Positions 63,501-64,000 of a stretch of DNA of 64,000 nt are shown piece after piece. The translations under genes were made by a program, and so were the position numbers. Within the stretch, counting starts at the first letter, position 1. Each line of letters begins with the position of its first letter. This stretch comes from Raillietiella orientalis (Eukaryota): NCBI GenBank assembly GCA_036172245.1, contig JAYWIR010000008.1, positions 3,658,001 to 3,722,000 on the forward strand. Reading direction: 5' to 3'. The notes beneath the pieces were generated by a model, which was not told the DNA's origin, did not search any database, and was given only the letters and a program-made list of their open reading frames with translations.

Positions 63501-64000
63501 CGGGCGCGCTGACTCGCGAGCAGTCCGGAGGAAGGGGCACGTTCAGTGGGGAGGGGATAAAAATGAGTGCACAGGGGAGGGAGATGACGGCCGGCATCTC
63601 CGGAACGAGGGACGGCGGGGCAGGGGAGGTCAGTGGGTTTCCATCCCTCGTCCTTCTCATGGCCTTCCCTCAGTCCGAGAGGCGGACTCTTCGGTTTCGG
63701 GACGCTGGAGCGGCCATTTTGCGCTCGACCACCACCACGGACGGGGTGCGGCGAGTGGAAGTCCTCCACTTACGCGACTCCTTTCGCGGCTGCTGGCCAG
63801 ATGGTATGGCGCGGGGTGGCCGGCGGCCGACAGGCCTTGGGGCGTATAGAGTCGTCGCAGAAGCTGCCGGGAGAGGCCTCCGGGTGCTGCCGCCGTCCCG
63901 CTCTTTGCCCTCTGCTGCAGGGAAACCGGCGCTGCGGGGGGCGCGCTCGATGCCACCTCCCTACCACCCCCAGGCGTTCCTCCTCGGCCAGGTGTCCTTC

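Noticed and set aside
46600..64000. Many long overlapping ORFs (e.g. 61292-62992, 56935-58377, 54493-55845, 58538-59695)
   Set aside because: R/P/S/G/A-rich translations on both strands in very GC-rich, TA-poor DNA; no family motifs; they run through simple repeats.
1..64000. CRISPR array or prokaryotic defence/mobile systems
   Set aside because: The window is clearly spliceosomal eukaryotic DNA; repeats occur only as isolated pairs, with no regular repeat-spacer period.

Overview
Eukaryotic, intron-containing DNA, most likely from an arthropod (judged from the INTS6 sequence). Many introns are very short (38-75 nt). Three genes can be spliced together with confidence: an ANKMY1-like MORN/ankyrin gene that appears to lack the MYND finger (+, ~15.3-30.7 kb); a class II CPD photolyase lying tail-to-tail with it (-, 30.7-32.5 kb); and INTS6, divergent from the photolyase (+, 34.5-38.3 kb). 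A divergent trypsin-fold fragment lies at ~10-10.7 kb (-). The right part (~38.5-64 kb) is GC/CpG-rich and yields many spurious long ORFs. It contains a Tigger-like MITE, several short local duplications and the most interesting find: a three-coding-exon gene for a secreted, polybasic-site-rich prohormone-like precursor (-, 54.0-55.2 kb). This gene sits directly behind a TATA/MEF2 plus tandem RFX X-box promoter module that is repeated 2 kb upstream. No tRNA, rRNA or CRISPR features were recognised. All family assignments are from motif recognition by eye, not database searches.
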